Positions 23,811 through 39,135 of a DNA stretch of 64,000 bases are shown piece by piece. Below the pieces are notes generated by a model, which ran no database searches, had not been told where the DNA came from, and was given only the letters and a program-made list of their open reading frames with translations. Origin of the DNA: the human T2T-CHM13v2.0 reference genome, Homo sapiens; the NCBI RefSeq assembly GCF_009914755.1, contig NC_060926.1; one strand, 5' to 3'. The position numbers were made by a program, and so were the translations under genes. The number at the start of each line of letters is the position of its first letter. The first letter of the stretch is position 1.

Positions 23811-24504
23811 AGTGAAGAACTTCAAGGAGGACAAATGCCTTTAATGCCACTCTCAACTTGGTGTGTCCTCAATAGATATAGTAATCCTTTAGGGATGTGG
23901 ACATTGCTTTCCCCCTAAGACTTAGTGAGTGAGAGGTTATCTTCTCTATTGCCTTATTTTATGTCCCTGAGTTTAATAGTGCCAATTCCATGGCTGTTGA
24001 GTTTACCTGCTTTATTTGCTCTAAAGAGAAAGTTCAGCAGAATTTCAGAAGGGGCTGGAGAATTGCATGCCAAGCAGTGTCTGCCCTATATCAATTTTGT
24101 ACAGCACGAGGAAAAGAGAATTGAAACCAAATTTCCCATTATGTAAAAGTAGCTATTAAAAAGATACAACTGAATTTAAGATGATTGTCAACAGAGTGGG
24201 ATACAGCATTAAAGGGAGGTAGGGACACAGTTAAAGGATTTATTTGCCCTTTTCTCTCATTTTCTGTTCCTCATTTTGTCATTTACTTCAGAGGACATCA
24301 AAAAGTACTATTTTAAGACCAATCTGAATTTCTGGAACATAACCATCTGATATGCTTATTTCAACACATGAACATGAACAGATGTTTACTTTATAATGTT
24401 AAATGTGCCAGCTGTTCTCATGTCAGAATAAGCATCTAGGCATTTTGTTTAAAAGTGAAACAAAGATTTTAAACCTCTGTTCATAAACCTCCATATGAAT
24501 TCAG

Positions 24505-24697
24505 CTTTCCTTCCTTCCTTCCTCCCTCCCTCCCTCCCTGTCTCCCTCCCTCCCTTCTTTCCTCCCTTTCTTCCTTTAGCCCTTTCTTCCTCCTCTCCTT
24601 CTTTCCTTCCTTCCTTCTCCCTCTCTTTCTTCTTCCTTCCTTCCTCCTCCCTTTCTTTCTTCTTCCTTCCTGCCTTCCTGTCTGCCTTCCTTCCTTA
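24505..24697. repeat. CT-rich (CCTT/CCCT)n tract
   Basis: Read directly. Confidence 0.9.
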
Positions 24698-24859
24698 TTT
24701 TGAAAGAATCATTGGTTTTTAGAACAATATTTGCTATTTCTGGATGTATCATAGCATGAATATCATATATATTTTATTGGCTAATATCTTCATGTCATAT
24801 ATTACAGGTCTATACTTGCTCAGCTTGCATATCTTCTACTTTTTAACCTCTGATCCAAT

Positions 24860-25180
24860 AGTGATACTTTAACAATGAAGAAAGTACGAGTATCATAAAA
24901 GAAGTAGCATAAAAATCTAGGCAAAGTTTTTTATGTTCAAACACCTAGATGCTGCCTAGCTTTGTAATTAATTAAGTCAACCCTTAGCACATCGCACTTA
25001 ACTACCTGGTCACCTTGTGCGATGGCTAGTTTGAATATACCATAGGCATTTGGTATATTCAAACCATTTGGCTTCTTCCCTCTAACTACTGATCTTCCCA
25101 GGCAAAGGGAGGCTTTAAGACATCATTCTGCCCAGGTCTCATCTCTTCTACCTGCATTGCAGCTGCTGAGCCCCAAAGAC
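24860..25180 (+). repeat. Copy A of a diverged ~320-380 bp local duplication (copy B at ~27090-27470)
   Basis: Colinear shared blocks, e.g. 25123-25160 vs 27412-27449 (36/38) and 25004-25024 vs 27304-27324 (20/21). Confidence 0.88.
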
Positions 25181-25286
25181 GATAATCATAGAAGGTCAAT
25201 GCCTGATGACATCAGAGAAGTCAGTGAATGAAGATCATAATCATAGAAGGTCAATGCCTGATGACATCAGCCAAGTCAGTGAATGA
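25176..25286. repeat. 55-bp tandem duplication
   Basis: ATAATCATAGAAGGTCAATGCCTGATGACATCAG(AG/CC)AAGTCAGTGAATGA x2. Confidence 0.95.
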
Positions 25287-26189
25287 CACACTCTTATCAT
25301 TGAGCACAGGACTAAATGGGGTTTAAAGAAAGTGTCCTAGATTTAGATATGAGTTTTTAAATTTCCATCCACAGATGTAAGAGGCTGGCTACATTCCTTT
25401 TGGCAAACATCCATGAATTTTGGTAGCTGTCACCATTCGAACAGCATTGCCTATTAGGCTTTTTATTTTTTCCTGTTGTGGCACAAAAACACAGAAGGTC
25501 AAGGATTTCCCACATTAAATTGCTTTAGTTCTGTATTCTTTATGAAGATAACATACCGGATTTAAATCTGTACTCCAAAGATTGCACTGGGAGTGGGGCG
25601 ACCTAACCCACAAAGATAGAACTGGTGGCCTCAGCTTAGACTTTTCTCTATTGTTGCAAGCACAGGTGCTCCCCAGGGGGCCCGCAGAGGGGCTTTGCCA
25701 TCTGGACAAGTAGATCAGCCTTGAAAAAATCATTAACACCTAAGTGAAGTGTTCTTTTTTTTCTTTCTTCTTATTTTTTAAAAGAGATTAAACAAACATA
25801 ATAAAAGAGTGTTTGGACATAAGGTGTGAAACTCGTTATATCACTATTCCAGGAACATGCCAGGAACTATATCTGTTTACTTATTCCTGTCCATTGGAAG
25901 GAAAAATAGAATAGTATGCAGTCCTTAAATATGTTTATGCAGAATGTGTTATATCATAGGGAAGTGATTTTAAAATATCATTAATTGATGAGACAGAGTA
26001 CTTCTTATATGTTTAATGTTATATCAACTCTTTAAAAATGTTTGCCTATGTATAAAAAGAAAAAATAATTCTGGAGGAAAAATGCCAGAATGTTTACAGC
26101 TATTTCCTGGTTACAGTGGTCTTTGCAGGAGCCTGTAAATCCTGACATCATCCAGCTGCCAGTCTCCCTACCCCCAACTTCTACCACCT

Positions 26190-27030
<841 letters not shown>

Positions 27031-27089
27031 GGGGGTTGACATTATGGATGATTTATAATAAGAAGAACATAATACAATTCCATAAAACA

Positions 27090-27470
27090 AATGATTTTTT
27101 AATAGCAAAGAGAGTATGAATAGCATAAAAATGAGTAGCGTAAAAATCTGAGCAAAGTATTTTAGCACCATAGGAAAAGTAAAAAAAAAAAAAAATCTGA
27201 ATAAAGTTTTAAGATGTTCAAATACCTAGACACTGAATGGTCTTGAAATTAATAAAGCAAACTGTTAAATTTCAGGTTAACCCTTGGTTCATCATGCTTT
27301 ACCACCTGGTCACCTTGTGTGATGTTTAGTTTGAAAATAACTGTGGACATCCACTGTTTCTCCTTCACTCTAGGCCTCTGATCATCACAGGCAAAGGGAA
27401 AACCTAACAGCTCATTCTGCCCAGGTCTCATCTCTCCTACCTGAATTGCTGTTGTTGGGTCCAGAAGAAA
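27090..27470 (+). repeat. Copy B of the diverged local duplication
   Basis: Shares ATGTTCAAAYACCTAGA, ACCTGGTCACCTTGTGYGATG, CAGGCAAAGGGA and TCATTCTGCCCAGGTCTCATCTCT with copy A. Confidence 0.88.
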
Positions 27471-27875
27471 CTAATGAATCTATGCAGATTTGACCTTGGC
27501 ACTAGAGAATTATGAAGTAGCAGCTCTGATTCTAGGTTACTGCTCCACACCATCTCCAGCAAAGGGACTTACCCAAAAGACGAGTGTTCCCTTTCCAAAT
27601 GTTAGAAATAATTAGTTTTGTAAGGCTTGGGGTCAATGTCCATTGGTTTGAAAAGAAAAAAAAAGACAGAATTTAAAGATTTCTGCAGTGTCAACTCTTT
27701 TGTGTCTTGCAGCCACAGCTAAAGCATGATGCAAAATATTAATTCAGGGAAATTTTATTTTGGAAAATTTTACATTGATGTGAATTTCTGATAATATGTG
27801 TATTTTCTCCCAAAACATTTCTTATTAGTTCATTGCTTATTTGTCATGATTTCTGTGTCCCTCAGTGTATCCTGA

Positions 27876-28646
<771 letters not shown>

Positions 28647-29069
28647 TAAACAACTTGGGATCATTCACTGACACTGAGGAGAGGGCGAGAGTCCCTGCTC
28701 AGAGGTAATGCCCAGGGTCACCTGGAGGTCTGGCAAGAGAGAAAAGATGAGGCATGGACTTTGATTCCTTCAAAAATTTCCATTAGAACTTGAAATTGAG
28801 TTTTTTGTTTGTTTATTTGTGCAACTGGCATTTTCCCAAGTAAGTGGGAATAAAAATACCTCTAGAAAGTGTGGTACATTTTTTGAACTACATCACATTA
28901 TTTCATTATCTAAATAAATCCAGAGTGCAATAAATGTTAATAAAGTTTTAAGGAAAAAAAATCCTTCACATACTCCACCCATCGCATCATTGTCATGTCT
29001 TAGCCATTTAAGAGATCAATATCCCAAACAAAATAATCACATTCCTCGATGGCCAGAAATTGCTAGATT

Positions 29070-29240
29070 AGGAGGGATTTGAAGGTGGGAGCCTGAATTC
29101 TAAGTCCAGTTCTGCAGTGGCTCAACCCATGACATCTAACAAACCTAACACCTCTCTACCTCACTTTCTATTTCTGTAAAATGGGCATCTCTTCCTTTAT
29201 TTTTCTGGATTCAAAAAGAATTGGTTGTTAAAGGAAAATT
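29070..29240 (+). mobile_element. MIR fragment
   Basis: 'cctgaattctaagtccagttctgc..cctcactttctatttctgtaaaatggg'. Confidence 0.6.
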
Positions 29241-29599
29241 TTTGTCATCAGCCTCAAGTATCGTAAATTTCCTTTCAGTGCAAGCTGAATTACATACAAT
29301 TATTATTCCAATTTGGACATCTTACAGTAAAAGTGACGACAAATAACTTCATATATACAAGCAATGCTTCCAGGATAAAACTTTTAAAAAAAATCACTAT
29401 CAATGATGTAACAGAAACTGCTGAAGTGAATACAGGGAATTAATATGTCAAGTAACTAGTTGGACCTACATGATGGTGTTTTGTTCACTGTTGCTTTCTA
29501 AATCATTTGAGTATTTACAACTAGGCTTATGATGTTCTTTGAGTTTTAATTAATAGGCTAAAAACTCAAGTGAACTTTTTTTCACATTTATTACTGCAT

Positions 29600-30015
29600 A
29601 AACCAGACTTTAACTCAAATAGTCAAAATGGAGAGGCTTTACTGATGAACTGCTTACGAAGGTGTCAGTAGGAATGGAGGTATCCACAGGCAAAATGAAG
29701 GCACCTGGATGCTAGCAAAAGTGGGAAGTCATCACTAAGCCTGGTACTGAGGAGGAAATAGAGCTGGAGCAGTGGAAGAGAAGTGCCCAGTGGAAGCTAG
29801 AGTCAATGAAGGAGCTCAATCATTGGTAGTTCTCAAAAGCAGAGAGGAATCCAGAAGGAAATGTCATGATCTCGCTGTCATCTCCATTTCCTGCTGGTGC
29901 TTCTATTGGCGGGCGGACATGGGAACCTGGCAGTGCAATCTGCAGGGACAAAGAAGCCAAACAAAGGCGGAAAATGTATCTCGGGATTGGAGGTACAAGG
30001 AAAACACTGAGCACA
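29600..30015 (-). mobile_element. ERVL LTR (LTR33-like)
   Basis: 'ctagcaaaagtgggaagtcatcact' and end 'ggcggaaaatgtatct..ggaaaacactgagcaca'. Confidence 0.5.
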
Positions 30016-30656
30016 GAGGGATGGAAATTACAATGCCGTTTAGTGTTGTGACAGACATTGGCATTTATGTGTCTTTGCTGGAGCTGCAGTTCTGGAATTC
30101 CAGAGTAAGGATGCTACAAAGAGTTTCCTTGCTACTACCTTTATCCTAAGAATGAGTCTGACTATGTTTTTGGTGGCGGTGGATTCCCCCATCATCACTT
30201 AGTGGTCATTAATTGTGGGCACTAATTGCTGAGTTCTCTAAGCCAGAATTGCTCAGCAGTTGATAACTGTGGTGAATCAGCAATTGTTTATGTCCATGCT
30301 ATCTTTGGTGAAATCTTACCTGACTACAGAGAAGCTTGAGAAATGTGTTTTTTCTCCTCTGCAACCTGGGCAGAGGGCCCAGCTTACAGCACCCTTCTGT
30401 GAACACTAAATCACAGTGCAAACTCACTCACCGTGCGCTGTGCTTCATTCCACAGAATATGGAGCAGAGCCTCTCTGGGCAAAACTGTGCAGTGGGCAGT
30501 ATCTAGCACCATTTGTATTCCATATTTTTTCCTGCCTCGGGCCCATAAAAGTAGCAAGTTTCTTTGGACAATCTCTGCTGCAATCAGAACTCTCATTCAA
30601 ACTGAAATGTGAGATAACAGTTGAAGAGGAACTGCAAGCTTCCTGGGGGAGGGAGG

Positions 30657-30665
30657 GTGTGTGTG

Positions 30666-30699
<34 letters not shown>
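30657..30699. repeat. (GT)n microsatellite
   Basis: Read directly. Confidence 0.95.
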
Positions 30700-31564
30700 C
30701 TCTTTTTAATAGACTTATAAATAAAAATGTCTATGAGGGCCAAGCAGTCACATAAATGAAGACATTATTTCTACAAAGACCCATCTTGTCTAAGCAATAA
30801 ATATTAAGGAAAACTGCCTTCCTGAAAGATGTTAAATTACAAATTTTATAAAGTTGAAAAAATGAGTCTTACATAAATATAGAATGAATACAAGTAGAAA
30901 ATTTGTATAACCAATTGAAGAGGGAACCATTAATGAGTTATATAAGTAAAGTTGGTTCAAATGGGAAGTAAAGTTGGTTCAAAGAATGCTTGAGGAACAG
31001 AGATTTGTGTAGTCAGTCAGGACAGCAATCTGCTCAGAGACAAAATAGTTAATATCTTATAAGACTATGAATCATAATTTTTGGAGTTAAAATTATTTTT
31101 ATCCCCACTGGACAAAATCTACAAGTTAATACGTGGTCCTAATCAATAGTAAAGTGCACATCAAACAAAGATAAATCCTCTAAAGGGATAATTAATCCAC
31201 CAGATAATTAAATAATCTTCTAGAAAATTAAATTAAATATTGAATAGATCTGTTCAACAATGCTTCATATGACATTGAAAGGGTATCAGTCATTCCTTTG
31301 TCCTATTCCCAATCTTCAGCTAACTTTTCTTAAGAAAATAATATAGTAGCTTCTATTTTTCTCAGAGTACACCATGGTTTTCTTAGGTTTCTCAATGTTG
31401 ATAGATTTAAATGTAAAAAAGTAATTACTTTAAAAAATTTCCTACAAAATTACAAAAAAAGTGGTCCCGGGTCTTACTTTTTGCCATCTGTAGTGACTGA
31501 GTAGATGGTCATCGAAGCTGGAATTCAGAGTTTGACAATGTTGTGTTTATGCCGAGATGATGGT

Positions 31565-31790
31565 GAGCAGTGAAGAGAAAACCCAAGGGACCCCTTACAG
31601 GAGCAGCTGGTTAGTGGGAATGTGGGACCCAGTGTTGCCAAGACTTCTGACTTTCTAGAAAGCCCCAAGAAACTCTTTATAATAAATCTCTTGATTTTTA
31701 AATATTGACAAATTAATTCAGAAGATTAAAAGCACTGTATGGGCAACAATTTCAGGCTACCTCTGGTCAGAGAGTTTCCATCTTGCAAAT
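31565..31790. mobile_element. MER102-like hAT DNA transposon fragment
   Basis: 'cccagtgttgccaagacttctga..aaatctcttgatttttaaatattgacaaattaattca..cactgtatgggc'. Confidence 0.6.
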
Positions 31791-32430
31791 TTCTTCATAA
31801 GCAAAATAAAACAAGCTTTGGTAGGGAAATTCTAGTTTCTCAGATGCTTTTGTACGCAACCTGTAATAGAAAACCAATAGATTTTCTCTATATAAATTTG
31901 GATCCTAGAGCCTAGAATGTTTAAGTCTTCTCAGTTCAACAAGAGAACCTATCATCCATTGTCGGTGAACCCATCAGTCAATCCACCACTCCATCCAGCA
32001 AATGTCTGCAGAGTGTAGACAATACACCATGTGTGGTGCTGAAGATATGGCAATTTGCTTCCATCTTTCCTGGACATTTTGCAGCCAAATTTCCCAGTCT
32101 CCAGCTTTTGATCCCAGGCTGACTCCTTAATTCACTGCAGACTGACTCCTCCCTTCAAAACTTTTCTGAAATTACTGTTTTCAGAGCAATCCAGGATCAC
32201 TTCATTGTTTAATTCAGCAAACATGTCTTAATCGTTATCCAGCCTGACTTTTCTGTGACAGTGAAATCTGTTCTGATTTTCCTGAAAACCTCTCTTTGGG
32301 TGTTCTGGAAAGTTTTCCACTGCTTCTCTCCTTGCCATTACTGTGCATTCATGTTGTAGTAGATTCTTCTTTCTTCACTTCTTGATTTTTTGAATTTATC
32401 ATCCCTTCATTTTACAATCTTTCTCCTATA

Positions 32431-32746
<316 letters not shown>

Positions 32747-32932
32747 ATATATTTCTCCTATAAAACTCATCAGAGGGAATGGCACCCACACACACTGTTC
32801 CATCTCTCCATGCCCCCAACATCCAACTAGTCACTGACTCCTTTATATGCTACTTCCATAATAGACTTCAAATGATTTCCTTCTCCCTGTCTCTATCTGC
32901 TTTAGTTCAGGCTCTTCTTATTTTGTACTAAA

Positions 32933-33620
<688 letters not shown>

Positions 33621-33689
33621 TCAGACTCATGTTGGGTGGATACATGAATCAATTAGTAGCAGTAGTGTAATCATAATAATAACTACAAA

Positions 33690-33910
33690 TAAGGCTAAAT
33701 CTGAGCAGGCCAGATGCTGTTCTAAGCATTTACTTGTATTGCCTCATTTAATCCTCACAACAACCATATTTGGTAGACAGCATAATTATTCTCATTTTAC
33801 AGCAATGAAAATGAAAGGTTAGAATGGTTCAGGATTTTGACAAAGGTAACACAGCTGCCAGGACTCATATCCAAGCTGCCTGATTTGGAGCTCTGCTCTT
33901 GCCCACTGAT
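33690..33910 (-). mobile_element. MIR
   Basis: 'ctgttctaagcatttac..ctcatttaatcctcacaacaacc..ctcattttacag'. Confidence 0.8.
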
Positions 33911-33972
33911 GTTCTACCTAACATGGGTTTTATTAGCATGACAGAAGTATGTGGAGAAGGAGCTGCTGCTGG

Positions 33973-34514
33973 TGTGTCAGACAATTCAGGCTGCTACAAT
34001 AAAATATCATAGATTGGATGGCTTAAAAATAACGGAAATTAATTTCTCACAGTTTTAGAGGCTGGGAAGTCCAAGATCAAGTTGTCAGAAGGTTCAATGT
34101 ACAGTGAGGGCTCTCTTTCTGGTTCACTAACAGTGCCTTCTTGCTGTGTCCTCACATGGTGGAAGAGGCCAGAGCACTCTCAGCCTTTTTTTTTTTTCTT
34201 TTTAAGAGACAGGGTCTTGCTCTGTCACCCAGGCTGGAGTGCAATAATGCAATTGTAGCTCACTGAAGCCTCGAATTCCTGACTCAAAGGATCTTCCTGC
34301 CTCAGCCTCCCAAAGCTCTGGGATTAAAGGTGTGAGCTGTTGAGTCTGTCCTTCAGGCCTCTTTTATAAAGGGCACTGATCCCATTATGAAGCCTCTGTT
34401 CTCAGGACCTAATCACCTCCCAAAGGGAAACCTCCTAATACCATCATCTTGGAGGTAAGGATTTCAACATATGAATTTAGAGAAGTGGAGGTCACACACA
34501 TTTAGACCACAGCA
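33973..34514 (-). mobile_element. MLT1A-like MaLR LTR interrupted by a FLAM
   Basis: 'aggctgggaagtccaagatcaag..tgtcctcacatggtggaag..gacctaatcacctcccaaag..ggatttcaacatatgaattt..agaccacagca'. Confidence 0.85.
34186..34350 (-). mobile_element. FLAM (free left Alu monomer)
   Basis: Poly-T then a single monomer 'gagacagggtcttgctctgtcacccagg..cctcccaaagctctgggatta'. Confidence 0.85.
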
Positions 34515-34566
34515 TTTGGCTACCAAGCATCTGCTGAATTTCTACTACTATGGGACTGTAACAATG

Positions 34567-34683
34567 TCTTCCTTTCTTCCTTCCTTCCTTCCTTCCTCCC
34601 TCCCTCCCTCTCTCTTTTCCTCCTTCCTTCCTTCCTCCCTCCCTTCCTTTCTTTCTCTGTTTCTTTCTTTCTTTCTTTCTTTT

Positions 34684-34748
<65 letters not shown>

Positions 34749-34762
34749 TTTCTCTTTCTTTC

Positions 34763-34814
<52 letters not shown>

Positions 34815-35107
34815 TCCCTCTTTTTTTGAGATAGAGTCTTGCTCTGTCACCCAGGCTACAGTGCAGTGATGCCATCTCAGCTCACTGAAACCTCCACCTC
34901 TCCGGTTCAAGTGATTCTCCTGCCTCAGCCTCCCTAGTAGTTGGGATTACAAGTGCATCACCAGGCTTTTCTAATTTTTGTATTTTTAGTAGAGACAGGG
35001 TTTCACTATGTCGGCTAGGGTGGTCTTGAACTCCTGACCTCAAGTGATCCACCCGCATTGGTTTCCTAAAGTGCTGGGATTACAGGCGTGAGCCACCACG
35101 CTGGGCC
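34567..35107 (-). mobile_element. AluS with an expanded (TTCC)n(TTTC)n tail (34567-34827)
   Basis: Alu body ~34828-35107, preceded by a ~260-bp pyrimidine tract. Confidence 0.93.
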
Positions 35108-36849
35108 ATAACGTGTTTCTTATTTCCATCCTTGCTCCTTTTCTCACCTCCCTCTCAAACCAGCTTCCATACTGCTACCAGAAGGTCCATTCCAAAACAG
35201 AAACCTGATCTTCTCTTGTGCTAATCGCCCAATGCCTCACAGTTACCTTTAGGAGCAATCCCAACTTCTTTATCAAGGAGCATGAGGCTCATCAACACCT
35301 GACTCCCCATCTCTCCTCCCTAGTTCAGCAAACATCTTTCCTTGTTCTCTGTACTTCAACGTTGCCTAATGAATTACAGCCTCCAGATAATACCATATTC
35401 CCCCATACTCTCTTGACTTTGCACATGTGGTTATTATTATTATTTGGCCAAGAATGTCTTTAGGCTCTTTTTTTCCCCCCAAACATAGTATGACATTTCC
35501 TCTAGGTTTTCTTCACTGACATCATTCTGAGTTTGCTGAGCTTCATTTTTGCTCCCATGGTGTTCCATGCATTATGAAATACTTGTTTGCCTTCTCAAGA
35601 GTCGCTTGAGTGTAAGGGCCTTGTAAGCTGCTTGAGAACAGTCATTGTGATTTTTTTCACCTCTATCTGCTCAATGAATCTTGGTATAAACACTGAAAAA
35701 ATACGCAGAATGACCCTCAAGGAGCTCAGAAATTAGTGATGTAAAACAAATATTTGAAATTAGGTATTTGTAGTTCAGAAAATGTTATAATAGATAATTG
35801 GCTCAAAGAGAGACCCTCATCACAGCTAAATACAACCTCTTAATTTATGATGAGTTTTATTTGCTATGAAAACTAGCCCTTCAGTTTTGAGTATTGTAGT
35901 GGTTTTTAGGTGAGGTTCCATGTGTCTCATAGTGTTACTTCAAAGGCAAAGGCATTACCTTCAAGTTGTTATCCATTATCCACCATTCCCTAATATTTAT
36001 GGAAAGCCTTTGTCTGTTCAGAGTAAGCCCAGAGTAGCTCCTAGTTAGGGAATTCTAAATGCAACACTGCTAGTGAGTTCAATAAATATATATTTTATAA
36101 TAATACATAACACGTGAATTATATATTGTACTTTATACTATATATTGTATAATAATATTTATGGATATATTTATATGGAGCTACCTACATATTAAATATA
36201 TAATCTATATTTTACTGGGGCCACATACATATACATTTTTTACTTGCTAAACACAACTAGGAATCCAGAGTCCAGAGATAATCTGGAAAAACCTCTGGTC
36301 TATCAAGACAGATTTGCAAAGTCATGTTTTTGACTTGTAGAAAATACTCTATTGATCTTTTCAGCAGAACTCCAGCAATTTTGTTAATTACCTCTAAGAC
36401 AAATTAGAAAGTACAATTTCACATAAGGGATGAGGGAAGACAGGACTACCATGAATAAGAAAACAAGACAGTAGGACATTGCAATAAGAGGCAAAAGTAA
36501 TGCTATTGCTTGGATCCCAGTAATGCGGAGTGTGTTTAATCCTTGGTTAGTTACACAAGGCAGCTGAACTGAGTGGGCATTTCACTGAAGAGAATGCCAT
36601 CTGGGCACCAAGCCTTCTGCTTCAACTATTCAAGCACTTACTATGTGTCAAGCATTGGGCTAACCATTGAGGATATAGAAATAAGTAAGATATTAGACAT
36701 GGCTTTCCTGACATTTAGATCTTGTTACTTAGAAAACCCATTTGACGGCTTAGAGTCAAAATAGCAACATCTTGAACACCATATATTTATGCCTCTCACA
36801 TGATGTTTTTGGGTTATTTTGGTTCAGACTCCTCACTCATTGCTCTCTG

Positions 36850-37262
36850 TCATCCCCCCAAAGCTAAATTTATTATGATCCTGAATGTCTTACCACCATG
36901 TTCCCACTGAGGCTGGAATACCAAAGAAAAAAGGAGGGTGGAATTTTTATTTTTTTCTTTATACTTTAAGTTCTAGGGTACATGTGCACAATGTGCAGGT
37001 TTGTTACATATGTATACATGTGCCATGTTGGTATGCTGCACCCATTAACTCGTCATTTAAGAAGGGTGGTATTTTTCTTTAAGGAACATGTATCATTTCC
37101 ATTTATATACCATTGATGAGAACTTAGTCACACGGCTTTAACTTGCTACAAAGAAGCCTTGGAAATGCAATCTTCATCTGGGTGACAATACTCTCCCGAA
37201 AATGCCGTTGCTATAGAAAGAAGGAGATTGGATATGGGGGAACAGCTACTAGTCTGCCACCT
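36850..37262 (-). mobile_element. MLT1 LTR fragment interrupted by a short L1PA
   Basis: 'ccattgatgagaacttagtcaca..ggaaatgcaatctt..ggatatgggggaacagctactagtctgccac'. Confidence 0.6.
36944..37059 (-). mobile_element. Very short 5'-truncated L1PA 3' end (~110 bp)
   Basis: 'tatactttaagttctagggtacatgtgcacaatgtgcaggtttgttacatatgtatacatgtgccatg..cccattaactcgtcattta'; TSD AAG(G/A)AGGGTGG(A/T)ATTTTT at 36931-36948 and 37059-37076. Confidence 0.93.
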
Positions 37263-38803
37263 CGTCTAATAGAAGATGGATGCTTGAATAAATAAGCAGA
37301 CAAATAAAATGACTACCAAGTCCCCTTCTCAAAATAGAGATTTTATAAGCTTAATTCTTCTCAAGGTGACCCTCCCATTGAAATATACCAAAAAGCGAGT
37401 GTACAACTCCTCTAAAACTAATTCTACTGAGGTATATGTTTACATAAGTCAGAATACAGGTGAAGCTTCAAGCCCAGGTGCACCTTGATTAAGTTACTTT
37501 TTTATTTCTTAACTTTTTAAAGCCTGGATTGCATTTTTTTCCAAATGGACAATTATCTTAAAATTATTTTTATATTTTTGCCAAGCCCCCTACAAGGCCA
37601 CTATCAATATGAAAAAATGATTCGTGCAAAGTAAAACAAAAAGTTGAAATAACTCCAAATATTTAAATAAACACTGGCACATACAATTTTTCTCATGGTA
37701 ATAACCCTAAATGTGTGGCACCATCATCCATTTAAGGAAGCTGAGGACTGTTTAAAAATTGCCATCAACATATATCGTTATCCTTATTTTTCTCAAAATG
37801 CATGATGAAAAATCCACATGTACTATTTGGAAGATTTATTTATAGAACACCTGCTTCTGTGAAACTGCTGGATAAATAAAGCATAGCAGTAGTAATAGTA
37901 CAAGCTATAACTTATATAATACTTTTTATATAATTATATTAAAAATTCTAAATATCTTTAATAGAATATTATCAATGTTTATTGTTTTTAAACATTTTGC
38001 ATTACACTGTAAACAATATAAGGGCATTGAAAAACTTTATATTTCTCTATACTCCTTCCATACTTAACAACAACCAAACACCTACCATGAGTAAAGATTC
38101 ATGCTTGATATCGAGGATGCCTAAGAGAATAGAAGACAAAAACACATATTTTTAGAATAGGCAACTGCTAGATGAAGAGTAAATAGAAATTGATTAGGTG
38201 ATAGATTTTTCTGGCATGGTACCTGCTTAGGATGAGAGAAAATAAAATTAGGCTGTTGTTCCCTTTGCAGTTTCCAACAACCTGTGGAAATACCCATCTC
38301 TTGGGAAATCATCCTGCCATAACATCGGGCTGGTCTGGCAAAACTTCTGTGGTATTCAATGCAAGTGATTCTTTGCCTAATTTCTTCCCATTACTCATAA
38401 TTTCCCTCTGCCTAAATATCCCGGGTGCTTATCCTCTTGAATATCATTCTTAATCTCTGGATGATCATCCCCCGCACTTTATTTTCATTTGGCCATGCTC
38501 CCACTATATAATTATTTTAATCAGGAGCACCATCTTTTTTAACTGTGATAGCAAATGATGCCATTTCCAGAGTAGGGTGGAAAATTAAAATTGTTAGAAT
38601 TGAATTTGATTTGCTTTGTGATGGTGATTCAGAGGTGACGGAGGAGCAGGGGAGTGTAGGCTGTGTTGGGCCATGATGAAGATCAGAGGCTGCGTGCTGC
38701 CAGATTGGCATCCTTTCCACCCTATGAACGGTTTTCATTTCAGAATGGAATTGTGGAATTTGTATCAGTTTAATGTTCAGGGAATACTTGAGAATTGAAT
38801 GTT

Positions 38804-38853
38804 GCACTTTAGTGCATATAACCATAGCACTTTAGTGCATATAACCATAGCAC
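38804..38853. repeat. Perfect 23-bp tandem duplication
   Basis: GCACTTTAGTGCATATAACCATA x2. Confidence 0.95.
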
Positions 38854-38929
38854 CTGCCTAGAGGCATTCAATAAATATTGGTTTAAATAGATTGAAACAC
38901 AGACAATTTTAAAAGCATTGACTTGACAT

Positions 38930-39135
38930 CAGTGTTCCCCCAAACCCTGGTGTGCCTACAAGTCATTTGAAGAGTTTGCTGAAATGTTGATTTCTAAGCC
39001 CTATTTCTAGAAACTCCGATTTAGTCCATGTGACATAAGGACCTGGAATCCACAATTTAAAGAATTGAACGATGCATCACACATGATTCTGTTGCTGCTG
39101 GTATGTGGATGTCAACTAGGCAGAATATTGGGAAA
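38930..39135. mobile_element. MER5-like hAT-Charlie MITE
   Basis: 'cagtgttcccccaaac..aagtcatttgaagagtttgctgaaatg..ggacctggaatc..tgattctgttgctgctggt'. Confidence 0.6.
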
